Positions 9,367 through 18,368 of a stretch of DNA of 64,000 nt are shown piece after piece. Source of the stretch: Lacisediminihabitans sp. Lineage in GTDB: Bacteria > Actinomycetota > Actinomycetes > Actinomycetales > Microbacteriaceae. The notes below the pieces were generated by a model, which did no database searches, was not told where the DNA came from, and was given only the letters and a program-made list of their open reading frames with translations. Each line of letters starts with the position of its first letter. The first letter of the stretch is position 1. The DNA lies in contig JAYTRC010000055.1 in assembly GCA_043746355.1 (NCBI GenBank), positions 34,879-98,878 on the forward strand. Direction: 5' to 3'. The position numbers and the translations under genes were made by a program.

Positions 9367-10578
9367 TTAGCTCGGCTGAACCGGAATCGGCTCAGTGTCA
9401 GGGATCGGGCTGGCATCCTTACCGCGCAGGTCGGGTGACGCGCGCCGGAAAATCGTCGGAATGATGAATCCGAGAGCGGCAAGGCTGGCGGCGACCCAGA
9501 ACGCGCCCGGTGCATGGAACCTGTCGATGAGAAAGCCGGCGACAGCTGAGCCGAGGGCTGCACCGATGAGCTGGCCTGTGCCGACCCATCCATAGGCCTC
9601 CGCTGTCTCGCTGAACCTCACACTCGACGACACGATTGCGAACATGACCGCGAGGGCGGGTGCGATGCCGATGCCGGCGATGAGCAGGGTGACGGCGAGC
9701 CACCAGAAATTGAGGGAGAAAGCGGCCAGGGCCATGCCGACGAAAACCACGAAGATGCGTCGGGCCATCGCCCACGGGCCGATCGGAAGGTGACCGAAGG
9801 ACAATCCGCCGATGAGCGACCCAATCGAGAAGATCGCGAGCACGATGCCGGACTCCGGGCTGTGGTTGCCGAAAGTCGAAACAACCCCGGCTTCAATCGC
9901 TGAGCACGCGCCGATCAGCAGGAAGCCGGTTACCGTGGCGAGCAGCACAGCGGGCTTGGCCAGCACGACTCCGAGGTTGCGTTTACTGCGGGGGATGCGC
10001 ACCCGGCCCAGCTCGGGCGATGAGATGAACCAGATCCCCCCTCCCAGCAGGAAGGTCAGAGCGACAAGGATCGCGAGCACCGTGCTCACCTGGGTGGCGA
10101 TCAGTGTTGTGATGACGGGGCCGACCACCCAAATCACCTCCTGCGCTGAGGCGTCCAGCGAGAACAGCGGGGTGAGCTGGCGTGAGTTCACCATCGTCGG
10201 GTAGATGGTGCGCACCGCTGGCTGGATGGGCGGGGTGCTGAGCCCGCCGATGAGTCCGAGCACCATATAGAAGGGGAGCGGCAGTGTGGGAACGAGTGCG
10301 ATCGTGCCGACGGCCGTTGCGCAGACGATCATGGTGAGGATGAGCACGCGGCGCATTCCCCACACCCCCATCCAGCGGCTGGTCAGGGGGCCGGCAATGG
10401 CCTGGCCGATGCTCGTCGCAGCGAGCACGAGGCCGGCGGCGCCATAGGAGTGGGTGATTCGCTCGATGTGCAGCAGGTACGCGAGAGACAGCATGCCGTT
10501 CGGGATGCGTGCAACCAGCTGGGCTGACATGATTCGCGCGACGCCGCGCGTTCTCAGTAGGCTCAGATAGCTGTTCAC
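9367..10578 (-). CDS. MFS transporter
   Basis: About 12 hydrophobic segments; GPLTSRWMGVWGMRRV motif-A-like; EAYGWVGTGQLIGAALG. Confidence 0.88.
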   Translation of the reverse strand: MNSYLSLLRTRGVARIMSAQLVARIPNGMLSLAYLLHIERITHSYGAAGLVLAATSIGQAIAGPLTSRWMGVWGMRRVLILTMIVCATAVGTIALVPTLPLPFYMVLGLIGGLSTPPIQPAVRTIYPTMVNSRQLTPLFSLDASAQEVIWVVGPVITTLIATQVSTVLAILVALTFLLGGGIWFISSPELGRVRIPRSKRNLGVVLAKPAVLLATVTGFLLIGACSAIEAGVVSTFGNHSPESGIVLAIFSIGSLIGGLSFGHLPIGPWAMARRIFVVFVGMALAAFSLNFWWLAVTLLIAGIGIAPALAVMFAIVSSSVRFSETAEAYGWVGTGQLIGAALGSAVAGFLIDRFHAPGAFWVAASLAALGFIIPTIFRRASPDLRGKDASPIPDTEPIPVQPS

Positions 10579-10699
10579 AAGGTTGCAAGCTTACCGGCGC
10601 GTGCGTTTGCGGCATCAGGGTCAACTCCCGCGGTTCGCAGGGTTGCCCGATTTTGCTCAGTTAGAGTGCAGGAGCACGACTTGACGGGAGCTGGTGATT

Positions 10700-12010
10700 A
10701 TGTCGATCGATCCATCACGACGCACGACGCGAGGCGCACAGCCCGTTCGGCACGGCAGGCTGCACTCGAGCAAGCCCGTCGTCGCAGCCCTCCGCATTGT
10801 CGGGGTAGCGCTCGCCGTTGCCCTTGTGGGCTCTCTTTCCGTTGCAGGCATCGCGGTCTGGCAGGTCACCTCCAGCATCAAGACCGGGGTGCAGCTCACC
10901 GATAAAAACGGCAAGACCATTTCGCCGCCGCCCAATGTCGGGGCGATCGAAGGTGGCGTAAACCTGTTGCTCGCTGGCACGGATACTCGCTCAAACCAGG
11001 GCGGCCAGTTCGCAAACCGTGCAGACCAGGCTGCGAGCTCAGGAGCGGGCAACAACGATGTCACGATGGTGCTCCACATTTCCGCGGATCACACGAGCGC
11101 GACTGTTGTCAGCATCCCAAGAGACACCATGGTTTCGATACCGTCCTGCCCAAATGGTCACGGCGGTGCTTCGGGTGCGACATCGAGCGGGATGTTCAAC
11201 ACCACCCTCTCGCGTGGTGGGCTCAACTGTGTCGTGCTCACCGTCGAGCAGATGACCGGTCTCAGCATCCCCTATGCCGCCGAAATCACCTTCGACGGGG
11301 TAGTCGGAATGTCGAACGCTGTCGGAGGGGTGACGGTGTGCATTGCGTCTGCGATCCACGACCCCTATGTCGGGCTCAACCTGGCCGCGGGCGAGGTAAC
11401 CCTCCAGGGCTCCGATGCACTTGCTTTCGTTCGGTCTCGACACGGTGTCGGTGACGGAAGCGACCTCGGTCGCATCAGCAGCCAGCAGGTATTCCTCTCT
11501 GCCCTGGCCCGCAAGCTGACCTCGGCAGGTGTGCTCGGTAACCCGGTCGCGCTGTACTCGATTGCTAAGACCGCTGCATCGAACATGACACTGACCGATG
11601 GCCTGACCAACCCGACGACGATGGTGGCTATCGCTTTGGCGCTGAAAGGCGTCGGTCTCGGAAACATAAATTTCCTCCAGTACCCGACCACCGCTGATCC
11701 TGCAAATCCCAACCGGGTAATTCCGCTCACGTCGGCAGCTTCCGTGCTAAATGCAGCTCTTGTTGCGGATAAGCCGATCCAGTTGAGTGGGAAGGTCGGC
11801 CGCGCTGCCGAACTCGACCCCAACGCAACCGCGTCGGCAGTTGCGACCCCCGCGCCGAGTCCGAGTGGCAAGTCGACCTCTAAAGCGACCCCATCTCCCG
11901 CGGCGGCGACGGCTGCTCCGACGACTCCCGCGGTTGTGCTTCCCTCGAGTGTCACGGGGCAGACTGCCGCGCAGCAGACCTGCACGAAGAGCAGCGGGAC
12001 GAGTAAGTAG
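10700..12010 (+). CDS. LCP (LytR-CpsA-Psr) family cell-wall polymer ligase
   Basis: N-terminal TM; NLLLAGTDTR, NDVTMVLHI, VSIPRDT, ALAFVRSRH, SDLGRISSQQVFL; Pro/Ala/Thr-rich tail. Confidence 0.92.
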   Translation: MSIDPSRRTTRGAQPVRHGRLHSSKPVVAALRIVGVALAVALVGSLSVAGIAVWQVTSSIKTGVQLTDKNGKTISPPPNVGAIEGGVNLLLAGTDTRSNQGGQFANRADQAASSGAGNNDVTMVLHISADHTSATVVSIPRDTMVSIPSCPNGHGGASGATSSGMFNTTLSRGGLNCVVLTVEQMTGLSIPYAAEITFDGVVGMSNAVGGVTVCIASAIHDPYVGLNLAAGEVTLQGSDALAFVRSRHGVGDGSDLGRISSQQVFLSALARKLTSAGVLGNPVALYSIAKTAASNMTLTDGLTNPTTMVAIALALKGVGLGNINFLQYPTTADPANPNRVIPLTSAASVLNAALVADKPIQLSGKVGRAAELDPNATASAVATPAPSPSGKSTSKATPSPAAATAAPTTPAVVLPSSVTGQTAAQQTCTKSSGTSK

Positions 12011-12203
12011 GGCTGGCTGGTTCGGCCCCCATTAACGGCGCTCGGCCGTAGCCGGGGGCGCAGCGGGCTTCGTGACCTCACCCGCCCAATTCGCCAGGCA
12101 GGTCTCGACAAGCTCAACCCCGGTATTCCACACGGCAGCAGCTGCGAACGGCAAAGTGCACGCTCATGGCCGGCAGACACCACCCCGCGAATACCACGCA
12201 AAT

Positions 12204-12254
12204 CTCTCCACAGCCTGTGCAAAACGCCGACAACTTATCCCCATCTGTGGAGGA
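12204..12254. promoter_or_regulatory. Two head-to-head pairs of DnaA-box-like 9-mers upstream of nrdA
   Basis: CTCTCCACA (12204-12), TGTGCAAAA (12216-24), TTATCCCCA (12235-43), TGTGGAGGA (12246-54); each has 1-2 mismatches to TTATCCACA or its complement. Confidence 0.5.
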
Positions 12255-12259
12255 CACGC

Positions 12260-12309
12260 CCACTAGATGTGGTGTTGGCGCAATGTCGGAGGCCCGCTAT
12301 ATAGTGGTG
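12260..12309 (+). promoter_or_regulatory. Tandem NrdR boxes
   Basis: ccaCTAGATGTGGtgt (12260-75) and ccgCTATATAGTGgtg (12294-309) resemble the acaCwAtATaTwGtg NrdR consensus, upstream of an RNR operon. Confidence 0.75.
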
Positions 12310-12523
12310 AAACCGCAGAACAGCGACTTCAACCCCGGCTCGCAGGAGCCCCTCACAAGACGCATTCTGCACAGTTTCCGGGGGAGCAAGTTTCTAGAGA
12401 CCGAGAGACTGACAGTTTTTAGAGACAAATGGTTTTTAGTTACAAATTTTTAGAACTACGCACGTATTCAGGGGCATGGAAAGCGTCGAAACGACTTTCC
12501 CAGAGTTAATGAGTGGAGCACTG

Positions 12524-14974
12524 GTGGCAATCACCGTAGTCAAGCGCGACGGACAGCGCGAACCGTACGACGCGAACAAGATCAACCTGGCTATCGAGCG
12601 TGCCAGCGCAGGTCTCGACGACAACATCACCTGGGTCACCCAGATCGCCTCAGAACTCGAGCTCACCCTGTTCGACGGCATCACGACACAGCAGCTGGAT
12701 GAAGCAGTCATTCAGGTGGCCCTCCAGAACGTGAAAGACGACCCGGAGTTCGACACCGTCGCAGCCCGACTGCTGCTCAAGACCATCTACAAGCGCGTAC
12801 TCGGCGACTACGAGACAGCCGAAGAGCTCAAAGCACTCCACCGCAGCCACTTCAAGGCCAACGTCACCCGCGGAGTCGAAGAGGGGCTGCTCGACACGCG
12901 CCTCGTCGAACTGTTCGACTTCGACGTGCTCTCGGCAGCACTCGAACCAGCGCACGACGAACTTCTCAAGTACATCGGCCTCGTCACCCTGAACAACCGC
13001 TACGGAATCAAGGGTCGCAACGGCGACGCCCTCGAAGTTCCACAGTACTTTTGGATGCGCATCTCAATGGGCCTCTCGCTCAACGAGGCTGACCCCACTT
13101 CACACGCGCTCACGTTCTACGAGAAGATGTCGCAGCTCGAATACATCGCGGCAGGCTCGACCCTGGTCAACGCGGGCACCGTCTATCCGCAACTCGCGAA
13201 CTGCTTCGTCATGGAGATGCAGGATGACATGGAGCACATCGCCAAGACCACGCGCGATGTCATGTGGCTCACCAAGGGAACCGGCGGCATCGGGCTGAGC
13301 GTCACGAAGCTGCGCGCTCAGGGTTCGCCGATCCGCTCGAACAACACGACATCGACCGGCCCGATCCCGTTCATGCACACCATCGACTCGATCCTGCGAG
13401 CGGTGAGCCGCGGCGGCAAGAAGTTCGGCGCCCTCTGCTTCTACATGGAAAACTGGCACCTCGACTTCCCCGAATTTCTCGACCTCCGCCAGAACTCGGG
13501 CGACCCGTACCGTCGCACCCGCACAGCGAACACCGCCGTCTGGATCAGTGACGAGTTCATGAAGCGCGTGCAGAACGACGACGACTGGTACCTGTTTGAC
13601 CCGCTCGAAGTCTCTGACCTCAACGAGCTCTACGGCAAAGCGTTCTCGGTTCGGTACAACGAGTACGTCGCACTGGCCGAAGCCGGCCAGATGCGCATGT
13701 TCAAGAAGATCGGTGCACGCGAACAGTTCAAGTCGATCCTGATCTCACTGCAGACCACCAGCCACCCGTGGCTGACCTGGAAAGACACGATCAACAACCG
13801 TGCACTCAACAACAACACGGGCACCATCCACCTCTCCAACCTCTGCACCGAGATCACCCTGCCGCAAGACGAAGACAACGTCTCTGTCTGCAACCTGGTC
13901 TCGATCAACCTGTCGCGTCATGTGATCGACCTCGCAGAGGGCGGCCTGAAGATCGACTTCGACAAGATCGCAGCCAGCGCCCGACTGGCAGTTCGCCAGC
14001 TCGACAACCTGATCGACATCACCCGGTCCTCGGTGAAAGAGGCCGACTTCTCGAACCAGCAGAACCGCGCCGTCGGCCTCGGCGTCATGGGCTTCACCGA
14101 CATCGTCGAACGTCTTGGCTTCAGCTACGAGAGCGAAGAGGCGTACGACCTGATCGACGAGATCATGGAGCACGTCTCCTATGCGGCAATCGACGAAAGC
14201 ACGGAGCTTGCGAAGGAGCGCGGTTCATACCCGAACTTCGAGGGCTCACGCTGGTCTGAAGGTCTTGTGCCCATCGACACGATTGCACTCACCGAAGCCG
14301 ATCGCGACATGGAGATCAAGGTCAACCGAAAGACACGACTCGACTGGGATGCGCTGCGCACCAAAGTCAAGGGCGGAATGCGCAACGCGACCCTCATGGC
14401 TATCGCGCCGACAGCATCCATCGGCCTGGTTGCTGGCACGACCCCAGGATTCGATCCGCAGTTCTCGCAGATCTTCAGCCGCGCGACCTCGAACGGCAAG
14501 TTCCTCGAGGTGAACCGAAACCTGGTCGGCGACCTGCAGAAGCTCGGCATCTGGAACACCACCAAGGAGCAGATCCTGCGGAGCCAGGGCAACATCCAAG
14601 ACATCGACTCGATTCCGGATGCCGTCAAGGCCACATACAAGACCAGCTTCCAGCTGTCTCCGTACGCGTTCCTCGAGGTCGCCGCTCGAGCCCAGAAGTG
14701 GATCGACCAGGCGATCAGTCGCAACATGTATCTCGAGACGCGCGACCTCGGCGACATGATGGACATCTACATGTCGGCGTGGGAGCGCGGCGTGAAGACG
14801 ACCTACTACCTGCACATGAAGCCGCGTCACACCGCCGAGCAGTCCACGGTCAAGGTCAATAAGGCCGAAGAGCTCAATTCCACAGTATCTGTGCCGGCCG
14901 CGGCTGAAACGCCAGCCGCTGCACCCCGTCGAGGCTTCGGCTTCGGCGGGCTCGCACCCAAGACAGGGGAGTAG
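12524..14974 (+). CDS. nrdA: Ribonucleoside-diphosphate reductase alpha subunit with ATP cone; lacks the C-terminal CxxC
   Basis: ATP cone (VVKRDG), LANCF, SNLCTE thiyl-radical Cys, VCNL, TTYYL PCET tyrosines. Start at GTG 12524 (GGAG SD); alternative starts 12476 and 12509. Confidence 0.95.
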   Translation: MAITVVKRDGQREPYDANKINLAIERASAGLDDNITWVTQIASELELTLFDGITTQQLDEAVIQVALQNVKDDPEFDTVAARLLLKTIYKRVLGDYETAEELKALHRSHFKANVTRGVEEGLLDTRLVELFDFDVLSAALEPAHDELLKYIGLVTLNNRYGIKGRNGDALEVPQYFWMRISMGLSLNEADPTSHALTFYEKMSQLEYIAAGSTLVNAGTVYPQLANCFVMEMQDDMEHIAKTTRDVMWLTKGTGGIGLSVTKLRAQGSPIRSNNTTSTGPIPFMHTIDSILRAVSRGGKKFGALCFYMENWHLDFPEFLDLRQNSGDPYRRTRTANTAVWISDEFMKRVQNDDDWYLFDPLEVSDLNELYGKAFSVRYNEYVALAEAGQMRMFKKIGAREQFKSILISLQTTSHPWLTWKDTINNRALNNNTGTIHLSNLCTEITLPQDEDNVSVCNLVSINLSRHVIDLAEGGLKIDFDKIAASARLAVRQLDNLIDITRSSVKEADFSNQQNRAVGLGVMGFTDIVERLGFSYESEEAYDLIDEIMEHVSYAAIDESTELAKERGSYPNFEGSRWSEGLVPIDTIALTEADRDMEIKVNRKTRLDWDALRTKVKGGMRNATLMAIAPTASIGLVAGTTPGFDPQFSQIFSRATSNGKFLEVNRNLVGDLQKLGIWNTTKEQILRSQGNIQDIDSIPDAVKATYKTSFQLSPYAFLEVAARAQKWIDQAISRNMYLETRDLGDMMDIYMSAWERGVKTTYYLHMKPRHTAEQSTVKVNKAEELNSTVSVPAAAETPAAAPRRGFGFGGLAPKTGE

Positions 14975-14983
14975 AAAGACATC

Positions 14984-15079
14984 ATGGCAACGTTCGACAC
15001 TGTGCTTTCGCCCGAAGGCACCCAATACGAAGTTCCCACCGACCCGATGGACGAGCTGCACTGTGAGGCGTGCCAGTAA
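14984..15079 (+). CDS. 31-aa peptide MATFDTVLSPEGTQYEVPTDPMDELHCEACQ, resembling the RNR alpha C-terminal CxxC redox tail
   Basis: Translated by hand, not in the ORF track; ATG preceded by AGAAAG/GGGGAG; in frame with nrdA after its TAG; its TAA overlaps the nrdB ATG (TAATG). Confidence 0.75.
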   Translation: MATFDTVLSPEGTQYEVPTDPMDELHCEACQ

Positions 15080-16071
15080 TGGGAATTCTAGGAACCGGCC
15101 TGCAGGAAGGCCTCTTGCTCAAGCCGATCAAATACCAGTGGGCCATGGACCTCTACGACCAGGCGGTCGCAAACACCTGGTTTCCGAACGAGATCCAGCT
15201 CGGTGAAGATATCGCCGATTTCAAGAAGATGACAGACGAAGAGCGTCACGCCGTCACCTTCCTGATGAGCTATTTCAACCCGAACGAGCTGCTCGTCAAT
15301 AAGGCGCTCGCCTTCGGCGTCTACCCCTACGTCTCCGCGGCGGAGTGCAGCATCTACCTCGCCAAACAGATGTGGGAAGAAGCCAACCACTGCATGTCGT
15401 TCGAGTATGTGCTCGAGACCTTCCCGATCGACCGGGAGGCGGCGTACAACTCCCACGTCGACATCCCCTCGATGGCTCGCAAGGAAGCGTTTGAGCTCAA
15501 GTACATCAAGCGCATGACCGAGAACACACTCGACATCACGACGACAGCGGGCAAGAAAGATTTCGTCCGCAACCTCGTTGCATACAACGTCATCCTCGAG
15601 GGCGTCTGGTTCTACTCGGGCTTCATGGTGGCGCTGAGCTTCCGTCAGCGCAACCTGCTGCGCAACTTCGGCTCGCTGATGGACTGGGTCGTGCGCGACG
15701 AGAGCCTGCACCTCAAGTTCGGCATCAACCTGATCCTCACGGTTCTCGAAGAGAACCCAGACCTGCAGACCGAGGAGTTCGCTGCCGAAATCAAGCAGAT
15801 GATCCTGGATGCCGTGGAAATGGAAGAGGAATACAACCGCGACCTGCTGCCCGGTGGCATCCTCGGCCTCAATGCCAATTACATCAACCAGTACGTGAAG
15901 TACCTGGCCGACCGCAGGCTCGAAGAACTCGGCTTCGAGGCCGAGTACAACGTGTCGAACCCGGCGAAGTGGATGGCTGCTGCCAACGACACCCTGCAGC
16001 TGGTCAACTTCTTCGAGTCGACGAACACGTCGTACGAGTCGAACGCGTCGGCCACCGTCGCGGCCAAGTAA
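15079..16071 (+). CDS. nrdB: Ribonucleotide reductase beta subunit, class Ic (R2c, Mn/Fe)-type
   Basis: W34, first ligand E70 (Asp in class Ia), EEANHCMSF with Phe108 at the radical-Tyr position, LEGVWFYSGF, DESLH, C-terminal NFFE..SY. Confidence 0.92.
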   Translation: MGILGTGLQEGLLLKPIKYQWAMDLYDQAVANTWFPNEIQLGEDIADFKKMTDEERHAVTFLMSYFNPNELLVNKALAFGVYPYVSAAECSIYLAKQMWEEANHCMSFEYVLETFPIDREAAYNSHVDIPSMARKEAFELKYIKRMTENTLDITTTAGKKDFVRNLVAYNVILEGVWFYSGFMVALSFRQRNLLRNFGSLMDWVVRDESLHLKFGINLILTVLEENPDLQTEEFAAEIKQMILDAVEMEEEYNRDLLPGGILGLNANYINQYVKYLADRRLEELGFEAEYNVSNPAKWMAAANDTLQLVNFFESTNTSYESNASATVAAK

Positions 16072-16077
16072 CGGGTA

Positions 16078-16572
16078 GTGACACAGGTCTCACAGATCAC
16101 TCTCGCGCGGGTCGACTGGCTCGACCCGCGCGCTGAGGCGCTACGCGACGACATGAATGTCGAGATGGACGAGCTGTACGCAACTGCAGTTGCCAACCGC
16201 GACCCCGAAGTCATGAAAATCTTCTCGGCTGCTCTCGCTGTAGATCCGCCGACCATCGTCGGCACCGTGCTCGCGCTCGATGGTGAAGTGGCCGCGGGCC
16301 AGGCCGGCCTCCGTCCCCACGGTGATGCACTCGAGGTCAAGAAAGTGGTCGTGCATCCAGCCCAGCGTGGTCGCGGCATTTCTCGACTTCTCATGAACGA
16401 GCTCGAAGTGATTGCGCGCGAGCAGAGCTACACAAAGCTGGTTCTGCAAACCGGTGACCGCCAGCTCGCCGCGATCGCGCTGTACGAATCAATCGGCTAC
16501 GTCAAGATCCCGCCGTATGCACCGTACGAACTGATCTCGAACGCCGTCTGCTACGAGAAGCACCTCACCTAG
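16078..16572 (+). CDS. GNAT N-acetyltransferase
   Basis: EVKKVVVHPAQRGRGISRLLM..LVLQTGDRQLAAIALYESIGY. Confidence 0.88.
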   Translation: MTQVSQITLARVDWLDPRAEALRDDMNVEMDELYATAVANRDPEVMKIFSAALAVDPPTIVGTVLALDGEVAAGQAGLRPHGDALEVKKVVVHPAQRGRGISRLLMNELEVIAREQSYTKLVLQTGDRQLAAIALYESIGYVKIPPYAPYELISNAVCYEKHLT

Positions 16573-16666
16573 TTCTGTTTGCCAGCGCACAGCGTGACGG
16601 CGTAGCGTTCCACCCAGAGGTGCTCTCTAGACAGAGCACAAAGTCAACGCTGACCCAGGGAATCCC

Positions 16667-18232
16667 ATGACCAACCCGAGCAACTCCACTCTCTCTGTCG
16701 CATCCATTCTCAAAGAGACTGCAGAGCGCACCCCAGACAAGATCGCAATCGTGGTCGGGGCATCCGAAGTGACCTATGCCGACCTCTGGGAGCAGACCAG
16801 GCACTACGCCGGCGCGCTGGCATCGAAGGGAGTCAGGGAGGGTGACGCGGTGGCGGTGCTCATCCCGAATGTCGCAGACTTTCCTCGGGTCTATTTCGCC
16901 ATCCTGAGCCTCGGCGGCATCGTCGTGCCGATTCACGCCCTGCTCAAGGCAGACGAGATCGAATACGTGCTGAAAGACTCGAAGGCGACCATGCTCGTCT
17001 GCGCCGCACCCCTGCTCGGTGAGGGTGGGAAGGGCGCGAAGCAGGCGGGAGTCCCGGTGCTCTCTGTGCTTTCGCCCGAGCCGATCGAGGGGATCGACCA
17101 ACTCGAAAAGCTCGCCGCGGGTGCGGAGCCGATCCGTACCTACCTGCCGATGGCGCCAGATGCCACGGCGACGATCCTCTACACGAGCGGCACGACAGGC
17201 AAGCCGAAGGGAGCAATGGGCAGTCATTTCGCTCTGGTCGAGCAGACGAGTGTGCTGCTGCTGAACACTTTCGACATGGTTCCTGAAGATGTCATCTTCG
17301 GCGGACTACCGCTCTTTCACACCTTCGGACAGACGGTCACCCTGAATACCGGCTTCCGCGCGACCGCGAAGATCGTGCTGCTGCCCAAGTTCGACGGCGA
17401 GACCGCCCTCCGTACCCTCATCGACAATGAGTGCACGATCATGATGGGTGTTCCGACGATGTATATCGCGCTCCTCGAAGCTGCGAAGACAATCAAGGAA
17501 CGCCCGAAACTTCGCTTTGCGGTCTCTGGTGGTTCAGCCCTTCCGCTCGCGGTTATCGAGCGATTCACGGAGGAGTTCGGGGTGCCGATCTACGAGGGCT
17601 ACGGACTCACCGAGACCTCTCCGGTCGCGAGCTTCAACCATGTTGGTCGTACGCCGGTCGCCGGCAGCATCGGAACGCCGATCTGGGGCGTGGAGGTCGA
17701 GATCGCCAATGCTGAGATCGATGGCAGCATCGAACTGATGCCGATAGATGAACTCGGCGAGATCGTGATCCGTGGCCACAACCTCATGAAGGGCTATCTC
17801 AACCTGCCCGAGGAGACGGCGAAGGCGATCGTGGACGGCTGGTTTCGTACCGGCGACCTGGGAACGAAGGATGCGAACGGCTATCTCTGGATCGTCGACC
17901 GCAAGAAAGACATGATTCTGCGCAATGGCTACAACGTGTATCCACGCGAGGTCGAAGAGGTGCTGACCGCGCATCCCGCAGTCTCGACAGCCGCCGTCTT
18001 CGGTACGTCACACGAGACCCACGGTCAGGAGATCATGGCCGTCGTCGTGCTTGCGCCCGGCGCGACGGTCGCCGAGACAGAGCTGTACGACTATGCAAAG
18101 GAGAAGCTCGCCGCGTATAAATACCCGCGTCGGGTCGAGATCGTGCAGACCCTGCCACTCGGGCCAAGCGGCAAGGTGCTGAAGCGCGAACTCATCGTGC
18201 AGTACGAGGCTGAGGCTGCCGTCACAAGCTGA
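16667..18232 (+). CDS. Long-chain acyl-CoA synthetase (AMP-binding)
   Basis: YTSGTTGKPKG, YEGYGLTETSP, WFRTGDLG, GKVLKREL. Confidence 0.92.
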   Translation: MTNPSNSTLSVASILKETAERTPDKIAIVVGASEVTYADLWEQTRHYAGALASKGVREGDAVAVLIPNVADFPRVYFAILSLGGIVVPIHALLKADEIEYVLKDSKATMLVCAAPLLGEGGKGAKQAGVPVLSVLSPEPIEGIDQLEKLAAGAEPIRTYLPMAPDATATILYTSGTTGKPKGAMGSHFALVEQTSVLLLNTFDMVPEDVIFGGLPLFHTFGQTVTLNTGFRATAKIVLLPKFDGETALRTLIDNECTIMMGVPTMYIALLEAAKTIKERPKLRFAVSGGSALPLAVIERFTEEFGVPIYEGYGLTETSPVASFNHVGRTPVAGSIGTPIWGVEVEIANAEIDGSIELMPIDELGEIVIRGHNLMKGYLNLPEETAKAIVDGWFRTGDLGTKDANGYLWIVDRKKDMILRNGYNVYPREVEEVLTAHPAVSTAAVFGTSHETHGQEIMAVVVLAPGATVAETELYDYAKEKLAAYKYPRRVEIVQTLPLGPSGKVLKRELIVQYEAEAAVTS

Positions 18233-18246
18233 TCAGCTCTTCTCGC

Positions 18247-18304
18247 CGAGTTGCACGTTGCGGGCTGTTTGCAGTGAGTGAGAGTGCCCGCAACACGCAA
18301 CTCG
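18247..18304. repeat. Intergenic inverted repeat (19-bp arms, 2 mismatches, 20-nt loop)
   Basis: cgagttgcacgttgcgggc (18247-65) versus gcccgcaacacgcaactcg (18286-304). Confidence 0.7.
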
Positions 18305-18368
18305 ATGAAGTGACTGGGGCACAGTGCTCGATACTTAGCGTTGCGAACTACCGACGTAGAGTTGGCGA

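Noticed and set aside
9351-9377. 10-bp direct repeat TAGCTCGGCT at the MFS 3' end as a target-site duplication
   Set aside because: No element lies between the copies (7 nt apart); probably a local slippage duplication.
12204-12460. Chromosomal replication origin
   Set aside because: Only four degenerate DnaA boxes and no dnaA/dnaN context; the position upstream of nrdA fits transcriptional control.
12010-12520. Cobalamin riboswitch before nrdA, as in Streptomyces class Ia operons
   Set aside because: No B12-box or recognisable riboswitch core seen; NrdR/DnaA-like sites explain the region better.
14972-14974. Selenocysteine or pyrrolysine recoding of the nrdA stop
   Set aside because: The stop is UAG (Sec needs UGA) and no pyl or sel genes are visible in the window; generic readthrough or a separate peptide is more plausible.
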